64,000 nucleotides of DNA from positions 32,001-96,000 of IMG/VR virus record IMGVR_UViG_3300044799_000154. The stretch is one strand, 5' to 3'. The position numbers were made by a program, and so were the translations under genes. The notes under the pieces are model-generated. The model ran no database searches. It worked only from the letters and a program-made list of their open reading frames with translations, and was not told the origin of the DNA. Every line of letters begins with the position of its first letter. Position 1 is the first letter of the stretch. The DNA is from a virus. Positions 27,576 to 37,062 of this stretch are shown one piece after another.

Positions 27576-30362
27576 ATGAAAATTATACCAAATGAGAAGA
27601 TCTGTATCAATTGTTGGGAATATCTAAACCTGCCAAATGCTCAGAAAGAGGTTGTTCCTGTAATCTTTGCATGGTACAGAGATTACCAAAAGAATAGAAA
27701 ACGTCTTGTTTTTCGAGGCTTTGAACCTTATTGCTATGTAGATCAAAGTATTAGAGTGCCTCAATTCTTCTATCACAAGGAAACTGGAGAAAAAGAGAAG
27801 CTTGTTAAACGATTAGAGACAACCCGAATTAGAGATCCAGGTAATCCTATGTTATTGAAAGTATTCACATTCTTACCCTCTCAAGTTAGAGCTATTAGAA
27901 TTCTTCTTGAATCACAAAATCCTCCTTTAGGAGATCATATCTTTGAAGCAGATATAGAATTTATCTATAGATTTATGATAGACAAGAAGATTAGATTCGC
28001 ATTGGAAAGGACACCTTCTGGGTTCTTACCAATAGAAGAAGAGATTCCTTCAAATCTCAAATATGTCTTTCTAGACTTTGAAGTTTATACTAATAGAAAG
28101 CCTGATCCTAGAAAACTTAGGATAGGAGAGAAAGTTATCTGTGCTACTCTCTGGGATAATTATTCTAAGATATATCATCTTTTCTACGAATATTCTAGAC
28201 AATTAACTTTACCTTCATTTGGTTCAAATGTTGTAGTCCATTATTGTGTGAATGAGAGAGAACTCCTTAAATCAGTTACAAAATATCTGATGGAACAAGA
28301 CCCAGATATCATTGCTGGATATAACATTGATTGGGACTTAACATGTCTTATCAAGACTATGGAACAACGGTATAAGATGTCTCCAGATGTTATTAGTCCA
28401 CTCAAGAAAGTTAAGATACGCAATTCCAAGAAGAGACTTGGAGATATTCTCATTAATGCTCCTCGTGCTAGGATATGGGGTAGAAGTACATTAGACCTTC
28501 TGGAACTTTACATGAAGATGCATCTTTCTGGATTAGAAGAAATGACATTGGAATATGTAGCTAAACTAGAGAAACTTCCAATTCAGAAGATTGTTGTTCC
28601 TGACTTCTTTGATACATGGAATAAGAATCCTGAGTTGATTATTAGAAGGAACTTAGGAGATGTTCAGATTTATGTGGAATTAGAGAAGAAACTCAATCTC
28701 ATTAGATTTGCAGATGAACAGAGAAGACTAGTAGGCTGTAGATTAGAAGATACTCTCTCATCAAAGAAGATGTTAGACTTATTCATGATGAGAATGAAAG
28801 ACAAGAAGATAATGCCTACAGCTAGAAGTCGAGGAGCTAAGTATATTGGAGCTTATGTTAGAGATCCTATCTCTGGAATGTATTCCTGGGTTATACAATT
28901 AGACTTCTCTGCTCTATATCCTACTATAATGATATGCTTCAATATTGATCCTGATACTTTCAGAAATCCTCAGTTCTATAAGGGATCAGAGGATTTATTC
29001 AGATTAGATGAGAGCCATGCTTTTGTTAAAGATCCAATTGGTCTTATTCCTAAGATGTTAAAGAAACTGCTAGAGCTAAGGGCTCAGAAGAAGCAACTTC
29101 AAGTAGAAGCTTTAGCTAAGAATGATGATGAAGCCTACAAGATGTATAACTTACAGGAAGGAGTAATCAAAGTTCTGAGCAATGCATTGTATGGAGTTAT
29201 GGGTTATAGGTTTAGAAAAGGAAGTAAGGAAACGGTAGAGTCAGTAACTTTAATGGGCAGAAGTCTCATCACTTTTGTAGCTGAAAAATTAATTGAATCT
29301 AATAGGAAAGTAATATATGGTGATACAGATTCAGTCTTCTTTGAAGCAAAAGGAAAGAGTTTAGATGAGTGTCTTGTAGAAGCAAAAGAAATACAAGCAA
29401 TGATTCATGCAAAGTTACCTGAATTCTTAGCTAAGTTTGGAGTAACAGGAGAACAGCCATTTAATATTGAACCTGCTCAAATTTATTCTGCTTTCTTCAT
29501 ATTGGAAGCTAAGAAAAGATATGCAGGAAAGATTGAATGGGATTCCAAAAGAGGGACCAAACTTAACTATAGGTACAATATCAAAGGTCTGGAAACAAGA
29601 AGATCAGATCTCTCGGTATTAGGAAAGAGAATTCAGAAAGAAGTAATACATAAGCTTCTAGAGAAGACTTCCAAAGAAGAGATGCTCAAGTTCTTAGAAA
29701 CAGAATTAAGTAATTTTGATACTCTACCATTGACAGAGATTGGTACTCCTTCTGCAATAGGACAGCCATTGAAAGCATATAAAGGAAATGCTATTCAGAA
29801 AACTTCTGCTGAATATTCCAATAACTTCTTACACACTCAATTTGATGTTGGATCTAAACCCAAAAGAATTGCAATAAAAGGAGTTCCTCCTCGAATAGAA
29901 CAATCAGAAATTCTAGTAGGTTTACCAAAAGGACAAATTTATAGAGTCAAGAATGTTCCTTTGTCTGAAATAACAAAGTTAGAGATGGGATACTTAGATA
30001 TCAAGAATAAACTCAAAAGTTATCATGCAGATGGATCTTTTGTTCTGGATCTTGAAGCTAAAAATCAAACTATCTCAATTAGTTATTTGCAAGGATATTC
30101 AGATACTCATTCTATAGCTATAGATTATGGTATAGTTCCACCTCCAGGATTCCAGATAGATTATTTGAAGATGTTGGATTCAACAGTAAAAAAGAAGATT
30201 GAGAAATTAATTGCTATGATTGGAATAACTTGGGAAGAAATCAACCTAAAGCCTGAATTGAAGATTGTTCCCAAAGTTCCAAAGAAACGAAAAGAAAAAG
30301 TAGATAAAAAAGGAAAGATAAAAGATGACAAGCAAAAAACCCTTAGCCAATTCAAGTGTTGA
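27576..30362 (+). CDS. polB: family B DNA polymerase with C-terminal PIP box
   Basis: LDFE (ExoI), GYN, DFSALYPT, KVLSNALYG, YGDTDS, KKRY, KGLE; QKTLSQF at C-terminus. Confidence 0.95.
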   Translation: MKIIPNEKICINCWEYLNLPNAQKEVVPVIFAWYRDYQKNRKRLVFRGFEPYCYVDQSIRVPQFFYHKETGEKEKLVKRLETTRIRDPGNPMLLKVFTFLPSQVRAIRILLESQNPPLGDHIFEADIEFIYRFMIDKKIRFALERTPSGFLPIEEEIPSNLKYVFLDFEVYTNRKPDPRKLRIGEKVICATLWDNYSKIYHLFYEYSRQLTLPSFGSNVVVHYCVNERELLKSVTKYLMEQDPDIIAGYNIDWDLTCLIKTMEQRYKMSPDVISPLKKVKIRNSKKRLGDILINAPRARIWGRSTLDLLELYMKMHLSGLEEMTLEYVAKLEKLPIQKIVVPDFFDTWNKNPELIIRRNLGDVQIYVELEKKLNLIRFADEQRRLVGCRLEDTLSSKKMLDLFMMRMKDKKIMPTARSRGAKYIGAYVRDPISGMYSWVIQLDFSALYPTIMICFNIDPDTFRNPQFYKGSEDLFRLDESHAFVKDPIGLIPKMLKKLLELRAQKKQLQVEALAKNDDEAYKMYNLQEGVIKVLSNALYGVMGYRFRKGSKETVESVTLMGRSLITFVAEKLIESNRKVIYGDTDSVFFEAKGKSLDECLVEAKEIQAMIHAKLPEFLAKFGVTGEQPFNIEPAQIYSAFFILEAKKRYAGKIEWDSKRGTKLNYRYNIKGLETRRSDLSVLGKRIQKEVIHKLLEKTSKEEMLKFLETELSNFDTLPLTEIGTPSAIGQPLKAYKGNAIQKTSAEYSNNFLHTQFDVGSKPKRIAIKGVPPRIEQSEILVGLPKGQIYRVKNVPLSEITKLEMGYLDIKNKLKSYHADGSFVLDLEAKNQTISISYLQGYSDTHSIAIDYGIVPPPGFQIDYLKMLDSTVKKKIEKLIAMIGITWEEINLKPELKIVPKVPKKRKEKVDKKGKIKDDKQKTLSQFKC

Positions 30363-30516
30363 CGATCTAATAGAAATGCTTAGAAAGTATAAAGAAGAGA
30401 AAGAAGCTAGAGACTTTCTTATGAGGATTCTATTAGAGCATCCAGAGAAGAAAACCGAAATGGATGAGGAATTGTGGAAGAAGAAGACTAATCCATCGAA
30501 GAGGAATAATAAATGA
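30325..30516 (+). CDS. small protein, C-terminal NPSKR tag
   Basis: Ends TNPSKRNNK. Confidence 0.6.
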   Translation: MTSKKPLANSSVDDLIEMLRKYKEEKEARDFLMRILLEHPEKKTEMDEELWKKKTNPSKRNNK

Positions 30517-30794
30517 CGGGAAAGATAAAGTATGGGTTCCATGAATTACGCAATAAAAACCCAAATAAGTATACCAGAGAACTTTATAAAGTCAATTTAG
30601 ACTATAAACAAAAGAAAATAATTCGTAGTCTGAATTCTTATTATAATAATAAAACTTGGATGGTTAGAAATTGTATTACATGTGGTAGATTCTGCTCTAA
30701 GTATTCTAGTAAGTACTGCAAAGATTGTGCAGTAATCTTTCATATAATTGATTCTAGAATTGGAGCTTGTGAACAAAGGAGGAGGCAAAAATAG
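30513..30794 (+). CDS. Zn-finger protein
   Basis: CITCG...YCKDC. Confidence 0.55.
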   Translation: MTGKIKYGFHELRNKNPNKYTRELYKVNLDYKQKKIIRSLNSYYNNKTWMVRNCITCGRFCSKYSSKYCKDCAVIFHIIDSRIGACEQRRRQK

Positions 30795-30797
30795 TTT

Positions 30798-31223
30798 ATG
30801 AAAATCTTCACGAGATATCCAAGAATATGTATGCGTGAGAAGAAAGTAGTCTTCTCAGAAGAAGAATTATTGGATAATATCCGAGAAGGAGCTCAAAATA
30901 GAAAGCAATGTATAATGAGCTTATACTCCTTTGAAGAAGTCTATGATAAGAAAGTAAGACCAGAGACTGCTGTTATTGATTGTGCTATGTGGATTGGAGA
31001 TAGAGCATTCTGTGAAAGTAAATGTAAATTATTTCCACATGATTCATCTCTCGTTATTGATGAAGGCAAGGATCATTTAGCTATTGTCTTCAAGAACTTT
31101 ACACGAGAACAATTACAAAGTTTAAATGCCTGTACAGAGTTAGATATTATGATTGTTGTGCCTGGTTGCTTGAACCTCCGCACAGGCAAGAAATGTACTA
31201 TCGTCAAGAGGAATAACATTTGA
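30798..31223 (+). CDS. degenerate AEP primase small-subunit-like protein
   Basis: YPR...SLYSF...AVID and PGCLNLRTGK resemble viral PriS termini; no DxD catalytic motif. Confidence 0.45.
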   Translation: MKIFTRYPRICMREKKVVFSEEELLDNIREGAQNRKQCIMSLYSFEEVYDKKVRPETAVIDCAMWIGDRAFCESKCKLFPHDSSLVIDEGKDHLAIVFKNFTREQLQSLNACTELDIMIVVPGCLNLRTGKKCTIVKRNNI

Positions 31224-31390
31224 AAATAATAGATAAAATTGCGAGTACAGTAATTTTAAATACAGGTGAAAATATTCAAATAGGACCAATATTACTAATG
31301 AATACAGCATCTGGAAAGAAATTACGAATCTCAATAGAAATATCTGAAGAAATAAATCCATCTGGGAGAAAAGAAAATGAAGAAACCTAA
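31220..31390 (+). CDS. 56-aa protein with C-terminal NPSGR tag (not in ORF track)
   Basis: TTG start overlapping the upstream stop; ...EEINPSGRKENEET. Confidence 0.55.
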   Translation: MKIIDKIASTVILNTGENIQIGPILLMNTASGKKLRISIEISEEINPSGRKENEET

Positions 31391-32438
31391 GATCATTTGG
31401 ATAACACAATTTCCTCTATCTGGAGTATCCTTTGGTGCTGTTAGTCAGCAATTGCTAATGCCATTGACTAATAAATATGATATCTATTGCCTAAGCTTTG
31501 GATATGATGGACAGCCCCTCGACATAGGGTATACAATATTACCATTCTCATCTGGAAGTCATATTGACTTCTATTGGAAAGAGATCAAGCCAGACTTGGT
31601 AGTTCTATTCCATGCTGTAGTTGCTTTGCCTAAGATAATGTCTATGGGAAGATTTGCAGAGCCATCAATCTTGTATGTTCCTGTGGAAGGTCATAGAGTT
31701 CCTCCAAGTTATATTTCATATTTCCAGCACTTTGATAGAATCATTACTCCTTCAAAATGGAGTCAAGATGCTTTAGCTAGAGACAAGATAAACGCTGAGA
31801 TTCTACCTCATGGTGTCAATACTGACTTCTATCATCCTTATGAGAGGAAGAATGAGGCATTCACATTTGGGTATTTAGGTTCAAATGATACAAGGAAACA
31901 AGTACCCACGATTATGGATGCATTTGCTAGAGTTAAAGGACCAAAGGAATTGAATATGGCAACTCCAATTCAAGGATACATGGATTTAGGAGAAGTTTCT
32001 AAGGAACTAAATATTGTTCCTAAGTTCCAGAAAGCATTGGGAAGAGGACTTCCAGTTACAGCAGATAAGATCAGAGACTTCTATTATGGTCTTGATGCTT
32101 ATGTTGGTCTAGGAACTGAAGGATTTGGATTGCCAGCATTGGAATGTGCAAGTACACAGATTCCTAACATTGCAATGGATTATGGTGCTAGTAAAGAGAT
32201 CTTAGGAAATTCTGCTGTTTATGTTAAACCAGTAACAACTCAATTGAGTCCTCTAGGAAGACTAGGTATCTGTGACTTCAAGGAAGTTGCTGATGCAATG
32301 CAAGCTTTGAAAGAGGATGAGAATGAATGCAAGAGATTAGCAAAGAATGGTGTTATAAGAGCCAAGAAATTTCCATGGAATAAACCAATCAAAAGATTGG
32401 ATGATATTATCCAGGAGGAATTAAATGCCAGCAAATGA
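31377..32438 (+). CDS. GT-B glycosyltransferase (GT4)
   Basis: PHGVNT, EGFGLPALE motifs. Confidence 0.85.
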   Translation: MKKPKIIWITQFPLSGVSFGAVSQQLLMPLTNKYDIYCLSFGYDGQPLDIGYTILPFSSGSHIDFYWKEIKPDLVVLFHAVVALPKIMSMGRFAEPSILYVPVEGHRVPPSYISYFQHFDRIITPSKWSQDALARDKINAEILPHGVNTDFYHPYERKNEAFTFGYLGSNDTRKQVPTIMDAFARVKGPKELNMATPIQGYMDLGEVSKELNIVPKFQKALGRGLPVTADKIRDFYYGLDAYVGLGTEGFGLPALECASTQIPNIAMDYGASKEILGNSAVYVKPVTTQLSPLGRLGICDFKEVADAMQALKEDENECKRLAKNGVIRAKKFPWNKPIKRLDDIIQEELNASK

Positions 32439-32574
32439 ATGTAATCCAGAAGGATGGAAATGTCCTTTTTGTAAGAGTGAAGACTTGTTTGTTTGCATAG
32501 ATTGTGGAGTAATAACTTGTTGTTCTTGTGGGAAAGTCTTCAAAAAAGATAAAATAAAGAAGGAGAAAAATTAG
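32425..32574 (+). CDS. 49-aa Zn-ribbon micro-protein (not in ORF track)
   Basis: CPFCKS...CIDCG...CCSCG. Confidence 0.6.
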   Translation: MPANECNPEGWKCPFCKSEDLFVCIDCGVITCCSCGKVFKKDKIKKEKN

Positions 32575-32575
32575 A

Positions 32576-32893
32576 ATGCAAGAAGATAAGAAAGTAGATT
32601 ATACAGGGCATCCGTGTTATGACCCTGCATCAGGTGTATTAAAAGGATTCATGTGTCCTTTCTGTGCTAGAATCTATCCTGCTGAAGAGCAAGCTAAACA
32701 ATGTAAAGAGTCTCATGATGATTTTGAGATAGATTATATCTTTGAGAAAGGATATAGGTTTCCAGCAGAAATTATCGTGAAAAGAATTAAAGGTAATGTT
32801 CTAATAGAAGTTGGAACTTATATTGTAAAAAAAGTAGAGGTAATGGATGAAAATGGAAAAGTCAAAGAAACAATCCAAGATAAGCAAGTCTAA
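32576..32893 (+). CDS. C2H2-like Zn-finger protein
   Basis: FMCPFC...AKQCKESH. Confidence 0.6.
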   Translation: MQEDKKVDYTGHPCYDPASGVLKGFMCPFCARIYPAEEQAKQCKESHDDFEIDYIFEKGYRFPAEIIVKRIKGNVLIEVGTYIVKKVEVMDENGKVKETIQDKQV

Positions 32894-34226
32894 AGTTCAG
32901 ACTGCTCCTTCTCAGAAATCTCCTGAAGAGATGAAGAAGGAAATCAATGAATTCTTAGCAAGACAGAAGATTCTCAAACTAGCAATATATGGTGAAGCTC
33001 CATTTATCAAGAGTTCTAGTGGTATCTTAGCAAACTACTTTAGTCAAGGATTCTTGAGTATGGGTATTCCTGCTATTGTTATAGCTAATTATGGAGTAGA
33101 ATCAGGAGGCTATCTAAGATTTGGACAAACCAATGTTCTTCCAGTAGTTAGATCAGAAGAAGACAAGAAAGGATTTGGAACTGCTTTACAGCATTTCTTC
33201 AAATTCAAATTAGATGTATTCTTTTATGTTGATAAGGACTTCATAGCAGGAGCAAACATAGCTACTAAGATTCCAAATACATGGGTTCTAGCTCGATTAG
33301 ATTCAACTCAGTATCCACAGGAAGCAATTGATGCTTTGAAGACATATAGTGTTGTTATTTCTCCCACTAAGTTTGCAGAGAAAGAACTTAACAAGTACAA
33401 AATTAAGAATGAATATTTTCCAATTGGAGTGAATACAAAGATATTCCAGCAAACTCCTAAGATAGAAAGTAGGAAATACTTCATGGTTCCAAAGGATCAT
33501 TTCTGCATTGGTCTAGTTGGAGATAACAAAGATAAAGAACCTTCCAATGGATGGGACTCAATGTTTGAGGCTATACAGATATTCTTCAAAATATGCCCAG
33601 AGGCTAAAACAAAGACTACTATTCTAATACATTCAAATCGTAAAGACAAAGATGGAATAGATTTGGAGAAGCTAACAAAAGGATTTGATATAGATCAAAA
33701 TTGTGTTTGTCAAGATCCTCATCTCATGATACTAGGTGTACCAGAAGGAGCAATGTCTAGAATGTATTCTTCAATGGATGTCCTTCTGCACTTATCAAGA
33801 AGATGTGGTTATGGAATGACAATCTTAGAAGCAGGAGCTTGTGGAGTTCCAGCAATAGTTTCAGACTATGGTGCTCAGAGAGAAAGAGTCAATGATGGCA
33901 AATGTGGCTGGTTGATTCCTGTAGTCCATCTAGTTCCAAATGAAGATAAAACTCAGTCAGCTATTCCAGATGCTCGGAAAGCAGGAGAAGCATTAGCAGA
34001 AGCTTACAAGGATAAGAAAAAGAGAGATACTTTTGGGAAGAAAGCTAAAGCATATGCTTTGAACTATTCTTGGGAAGTTATCTTGGAACAGAAATGGTTA
34101 CCTTTCTTACAAAAGAAGGGTGAAGAGATTCTTGGAAAGGAAGAAATAAAACCAGTGGAAGGAAAGCCAGTTGTCAAACCAGAAGAAACTAAAAAGAATC
34201 CTGATAGTCAGTCCTCTAAAGAATGA
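32847..34226 (+). CDS. GT-B glycosyltransferase (GT4)
   Basis: PIGVNT, GYGMTILEAGACGVP, YSWE. Confidence 0.85.
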   Translation: MKMEKSKKQSKISKSKVQTAPSQKSPEEMKKEINEFLARQKILKLAIYGEAPFIKSSSGILANYFSQGFLSMGIPAIVIANYGVESGGYLRFGQTNVLPVVRSEEDKKGFGTALQHFFKFKLDVFFYVDKDFIAGANIATKIPNTWVLARLDSTQYPQEAIDALKTYSVVISPTKFAEKELNKYKIKNEYFPIGVNTKIFQQTPKIESRKYFMVPKDHFCIGLVGDNKDKEPSNGWDSMFEAIQIFFKICPEAKTKTTILIHSNRKDKDGIDLEKLTKGFDIDQNCVCQDPHLMILGVPEGAMSRMYSSMDVLLHLSRRCGYGMTILEAGACGVPAIVSDYGAQRERVNDGKCGWLIPVVHLVPNEDKTQSAIPDARKAGEALAEAYKDKKKRDTFGKKAKAYALNYSWEVILEQKWLPFLQKKGEEILGKEEIKPVEGKPVVKPEETKKNPDSQSSKE

Positions 34227-34932
34227 AGCTCAGTGGATATCAAGACATCTAAAAGCCTGGGAGAAAGTAGATTATCCAGGAGATAAGATTAGATGGGTAA
34301 TTCTCCTAGGTAAAAGTATTGACAAGACAGAAGAGATATTGCTGAATTACTTTGAGAAGCATAAATGGCAAGTAGAAATTTACAAAGAACCTAAGTTCCA
34401 TAATCCAACTGGAAATGCTCTGTATATAGCAGATGTAATGAATGAATTCAAAAAATACTATCAAGATGAAGATTATGTAGTCTTGGATGATGGTGATATA
34501 GTAAAGATTCCTAAGACTTTCTTGGAAGAAACTACTGATTTGAACTTGGATATAGTAGCTCCTGGAATCTGGATAGAGAATACAGATCCTCCTCAGTTTT
34601 TTGATACTTATGTTTTTAGAACTATTGATGGATCTAAGTTTCCACCATTCGGTATCCCTTATGAAGACAGCAAGTTACCGATAGAAATAGGATCAGTTGG
34701 AACTCTTGTTGTTATGAAAGGAAAAATATTCAATAAGATTTCCTTTGAGAATCCTGTACCAACTTTGCAGTTCTGTAAAAATGCAAGGAACGCTGGTTAC
34801 AAGATCTGGTTTGCTCCTTGGATAAAAGTAATTCATGCTAATGTTATGGAGATAGGAGAATACCATATGCCTCTTGAATTTTATGTCCAAGCAGGGAAAC
34901 TTCCTAAAGAAGAATTGGAGAAAGTGCAATGA
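34171..34932 (+). CDS. GT-A glycosyltransferase (GT2/Anp1-like)
   Basis: IVSPLKNE, DDGDI, FFDTYVFR, SVGT, FC..AR..GY.IW. Confidence 0.75.
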   Translation: MSNQKKLKRILIVSPLKNEAQWISRHLKAWEKVDYPGDKIRWVILLGKSIDKTEEILLNYFEKHKWQVEIYKEPKFHNPTGNALYIADVMNEFKKYYQDEDYVVLDDGDIVKIPKTFLEETTDLNLDIVAPGIWIENTDPPQFFDTYVFRTIDGSKFPPFGIPYEDSKLPIEIGSVGTLVVMKGKIFNKISFENPVPTLQFCKNARNAGYKIWFAPWIKVIHANVMEIGEYHMPLEFYVQAGKLPKEELEKVQ

Positions 34933-36020
34933 ATAAAATAAAATATGCCTGGGCTATTCCAGATATTGGTGAAGAAGAAAGATTAGCCGTAGATGAAGTC
35001 ATGAAATCTGGATGGATATCTGGGACAACTCCTTACAATGAACTCTTTGAGAAAGCATTTGCTAAAACTGTAAGAGCTAAGTATGCTGTATCTGTAAGTA
35101 ATGGAACAGCAGCTTTGATATTAGGACTTATGGCAATAGAAAGAAGATTGAACCTAAAGTCTATGGAAAAGATGAGCATTGTTGTTCCTGCATGGACTTA
35201 TATTGCTACAGCTAATACAGCTAGATTCATGGGAAGAACAATATTAACAGACTGTGGTCGAGATACATTTTGTATTAAGATTCAAGGAATTCCGAAGAGT
35301 CAAGTTGTTATGCCTGTAGACATTGGTGGTTGTCCTTGTGAATATGATGACTTAAAGAATCTATCTTGGAAACCAATTCTCTTTGCAGATTCGGCAGAGG
35401 CTATTGGATCTATGTACAAAGGGCATCCAGTTGGAAGTCAAGCATTACTACACATGTTTTCATTACATGCTACTAAAGTAATCACAACTGGAGAAGGTGG
35501 AATGCTAACTACTAATGATCTAGCATTATATGAACAATTGAAATGTTTGAATAATCAAGGACATCCAATTGGGTATAAAACTTCAGACTATGAGCATCCA
35601 GAACTTGGATATAACTTTAGAATGCCAGCTCCTCAAGCAGCAATTGGTCTAGTTCAATTGAAGAAGCTTCCAGGATACTTAAAGAAAAGAGAAGAGTTCT
35701 CTCATATCTATAGTGACATTCTCGGAGATAAAGTTGGGTATCAATTTATACCAAGTTATTCTAGAAGTTGTAACTTCTTATTCACTATATTAGTTGATCC
35801 AAATCAGAAAATTGATTTCATGGATGAGATGTTGAAGCAAGGAATTCAGACTAAGAGTTGGAAACCAGTTCATATGCAACCTTGCTATAGTCTTTGGAAT
35901 TCTATTAGTTTTCCAAATGCAGAAGATCTGTACAAGAGAAATGTGCATCTTCCAATACACAACAAACTCTCTGATGAGGATATTAAATTCATTGCCGAAA
36001 CAGCTAAAAGCTTGTTATAG
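34929..36020 (+). CDS. DegT/DnrJ/StrS PLP-dependent sugar aminotransferase (perosamine synthase-like)
   Basis: SNGTAAL, DSAEAIG, FSLHATKVITTGEGGM, GYNFRM. Confidence 0.9.
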   Translation: MNKIKYAWAIPDIGEEERLAVDEVMKSGWISGTTPYNELFEKAFAKTVRAKYAVSVSNGTAALILGLMAIERRLNLKSMEKMSIVVPAWTYIATANTARFMGRTILTDCGRDTFCIKIQGIPKSQVVMPVDIGGCPCEYDDLKNLSWKPILFADSAEAIGSMYKGHPVGSQALLHMFSLHATKVITTGEGGMLTTNDLALYEQLKCLNNQGHPIGYKTSDYEHPELGYNFRMPAPQAAIGLVQLKKLPGYLKKREEFSHIYSDILGDKVGYQFIPSYSRSCNFLFTILVDPNQKIDFMDEMLKQGIQTKSWKPVHMQPCYSLWNSISFPNAEDLYKRNVHLPIHNKLSDEDIKFIAETAKSLL

Positions 36021-36042
36021 AAGTATATAGGTGTGAATCAAG

Positions 36043-37062
36043 TTGACACAAAAGAAAGATATTGTTGTTAAAGGTTCTAGTGTTTTGGTAACTGGCGGTG
36101 CAGGATTCATAGGATCTGCCTTAGTAAGAAAATTAGAGACTCTAAATTGTGATGTAACTATTGTAGACAATCTAGTTGCTGGAAGACAAGATCATTTGAC
36201 AGGATGTAAAGCAAGACTAGTTGAAGGAGACATTAGGAATAAAGAACTTTTGAAAGAGATCATGAAAAGAGATAGTCCCTCACTTTGCTTCCATCTTGCT
36301 GCTGAACCATTCATACCCAAAGGTTATCAGAACCCTGAGATAATGTTTGACGTAAATACTATGGGAACGATCTCTGTTCTTAAAGCTTGTCAATCTAGTA
36401 AGATTCAACGAGTAATCTATTACTCAACTTCTGAAGTTTATGGAACTGCTAGAACTTTGCCAATGTCTGAGAGTCATCCAACTACAATGCATTCGATGTA
36501 TGCTCTTGCTAAGTTTGCAGGAGATAGAGCATGCTTCATCCTTTGGAAAGAAAGAAATATTCCTGTTGTCATCCTTAGACAATTTAATTGCTTTGGTCCT
36601 AGAGAAGCTCAACCTTATATTATTCCTGAGATTATCAGACAGTTCAATGTAGGGAATGAATTACATCTAGGAAACATAGACGCTAAAAGAGATTTCCTTT
36701 GGGTTTATGACCACTGTGAAGCAGTAACTAAACTAATGGAAGTTCCAGATATTGAAGGAACAGTAGTCAATTGTGGAAGAGGAAAAAACTGGTCTATCAG
36801 AGAAATAGTTGATAAACTTGCTAAGATCATGAATAGAGAACCTTACACAATAATACAAGAACGAAAGAGACTTAGACCTTATGATGTAGATGAGCTTCTA
36901 TGTGATAATACTCTGTTTGATCAACTTACAGGTGGAATAAAATACACTGACTTTGAGGATGGATTGAAATGGTTAGTAGACTGGTATCACCGACATGGTG
37001 ATAAATGGTCATGGGAAAGAGAGAAGGAAATGACTGTTGAAGCAAGTGCAAGGAAAAAGTAA
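36043..37062 (+). CDS. NAD-dependent NDP-sugar epimerase/4,6-dehydratase
   Basis: LVTGGAGFIG, HLAA, STSEVYG, YALAK, RQFNCFGP. Confidence 0.9.
   Translation: MTQKKDIVVKGSSVLVTGGAGFIGSALVRKLETLNCDVTIVDNLVAGRQDHLTGCKARLVEGDIRNKELLKEIMKRDSPSLCFHLAAEPFIPKGYQNPEIMFDVNTMGTISVLKACQSSKIQRVIYYSTSEVYGTARTLPMSESHPTTMHSMYALAKFAGDRACFILWKERNIPVVILRQFNCFGPREAQPYIIPEIIRQFNVGNELHLGNIDAKRDFLWVYDHCEAVTKLMEVPDIEGTVVNCGRGKNWSIREIVDKLAKIMNREPYTIIQERKRLRPYDVDELLCDNTLFDQLTGGIKYTDFEDGLKWLVDWYHRHGDKWSWEREKEMTVEASARKK

Noticed and set aside
18773-30362. Inteins in NrdJ, RadA or PolB
   Set aside because: Protein lengths are normal and no C/S...HN splice junctions were seen at the usual insertion sites
324-31369. NPSxR sites as a DNA repeat (attC-like cassette sites, CRISPR repeats or promoter)
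   Set aside because: Nucleotide variation follows synonymous codons (TCN versus AGT, AGR versus CGN), there is no palindrome and spacing is irregular; a protein-level signal fits better
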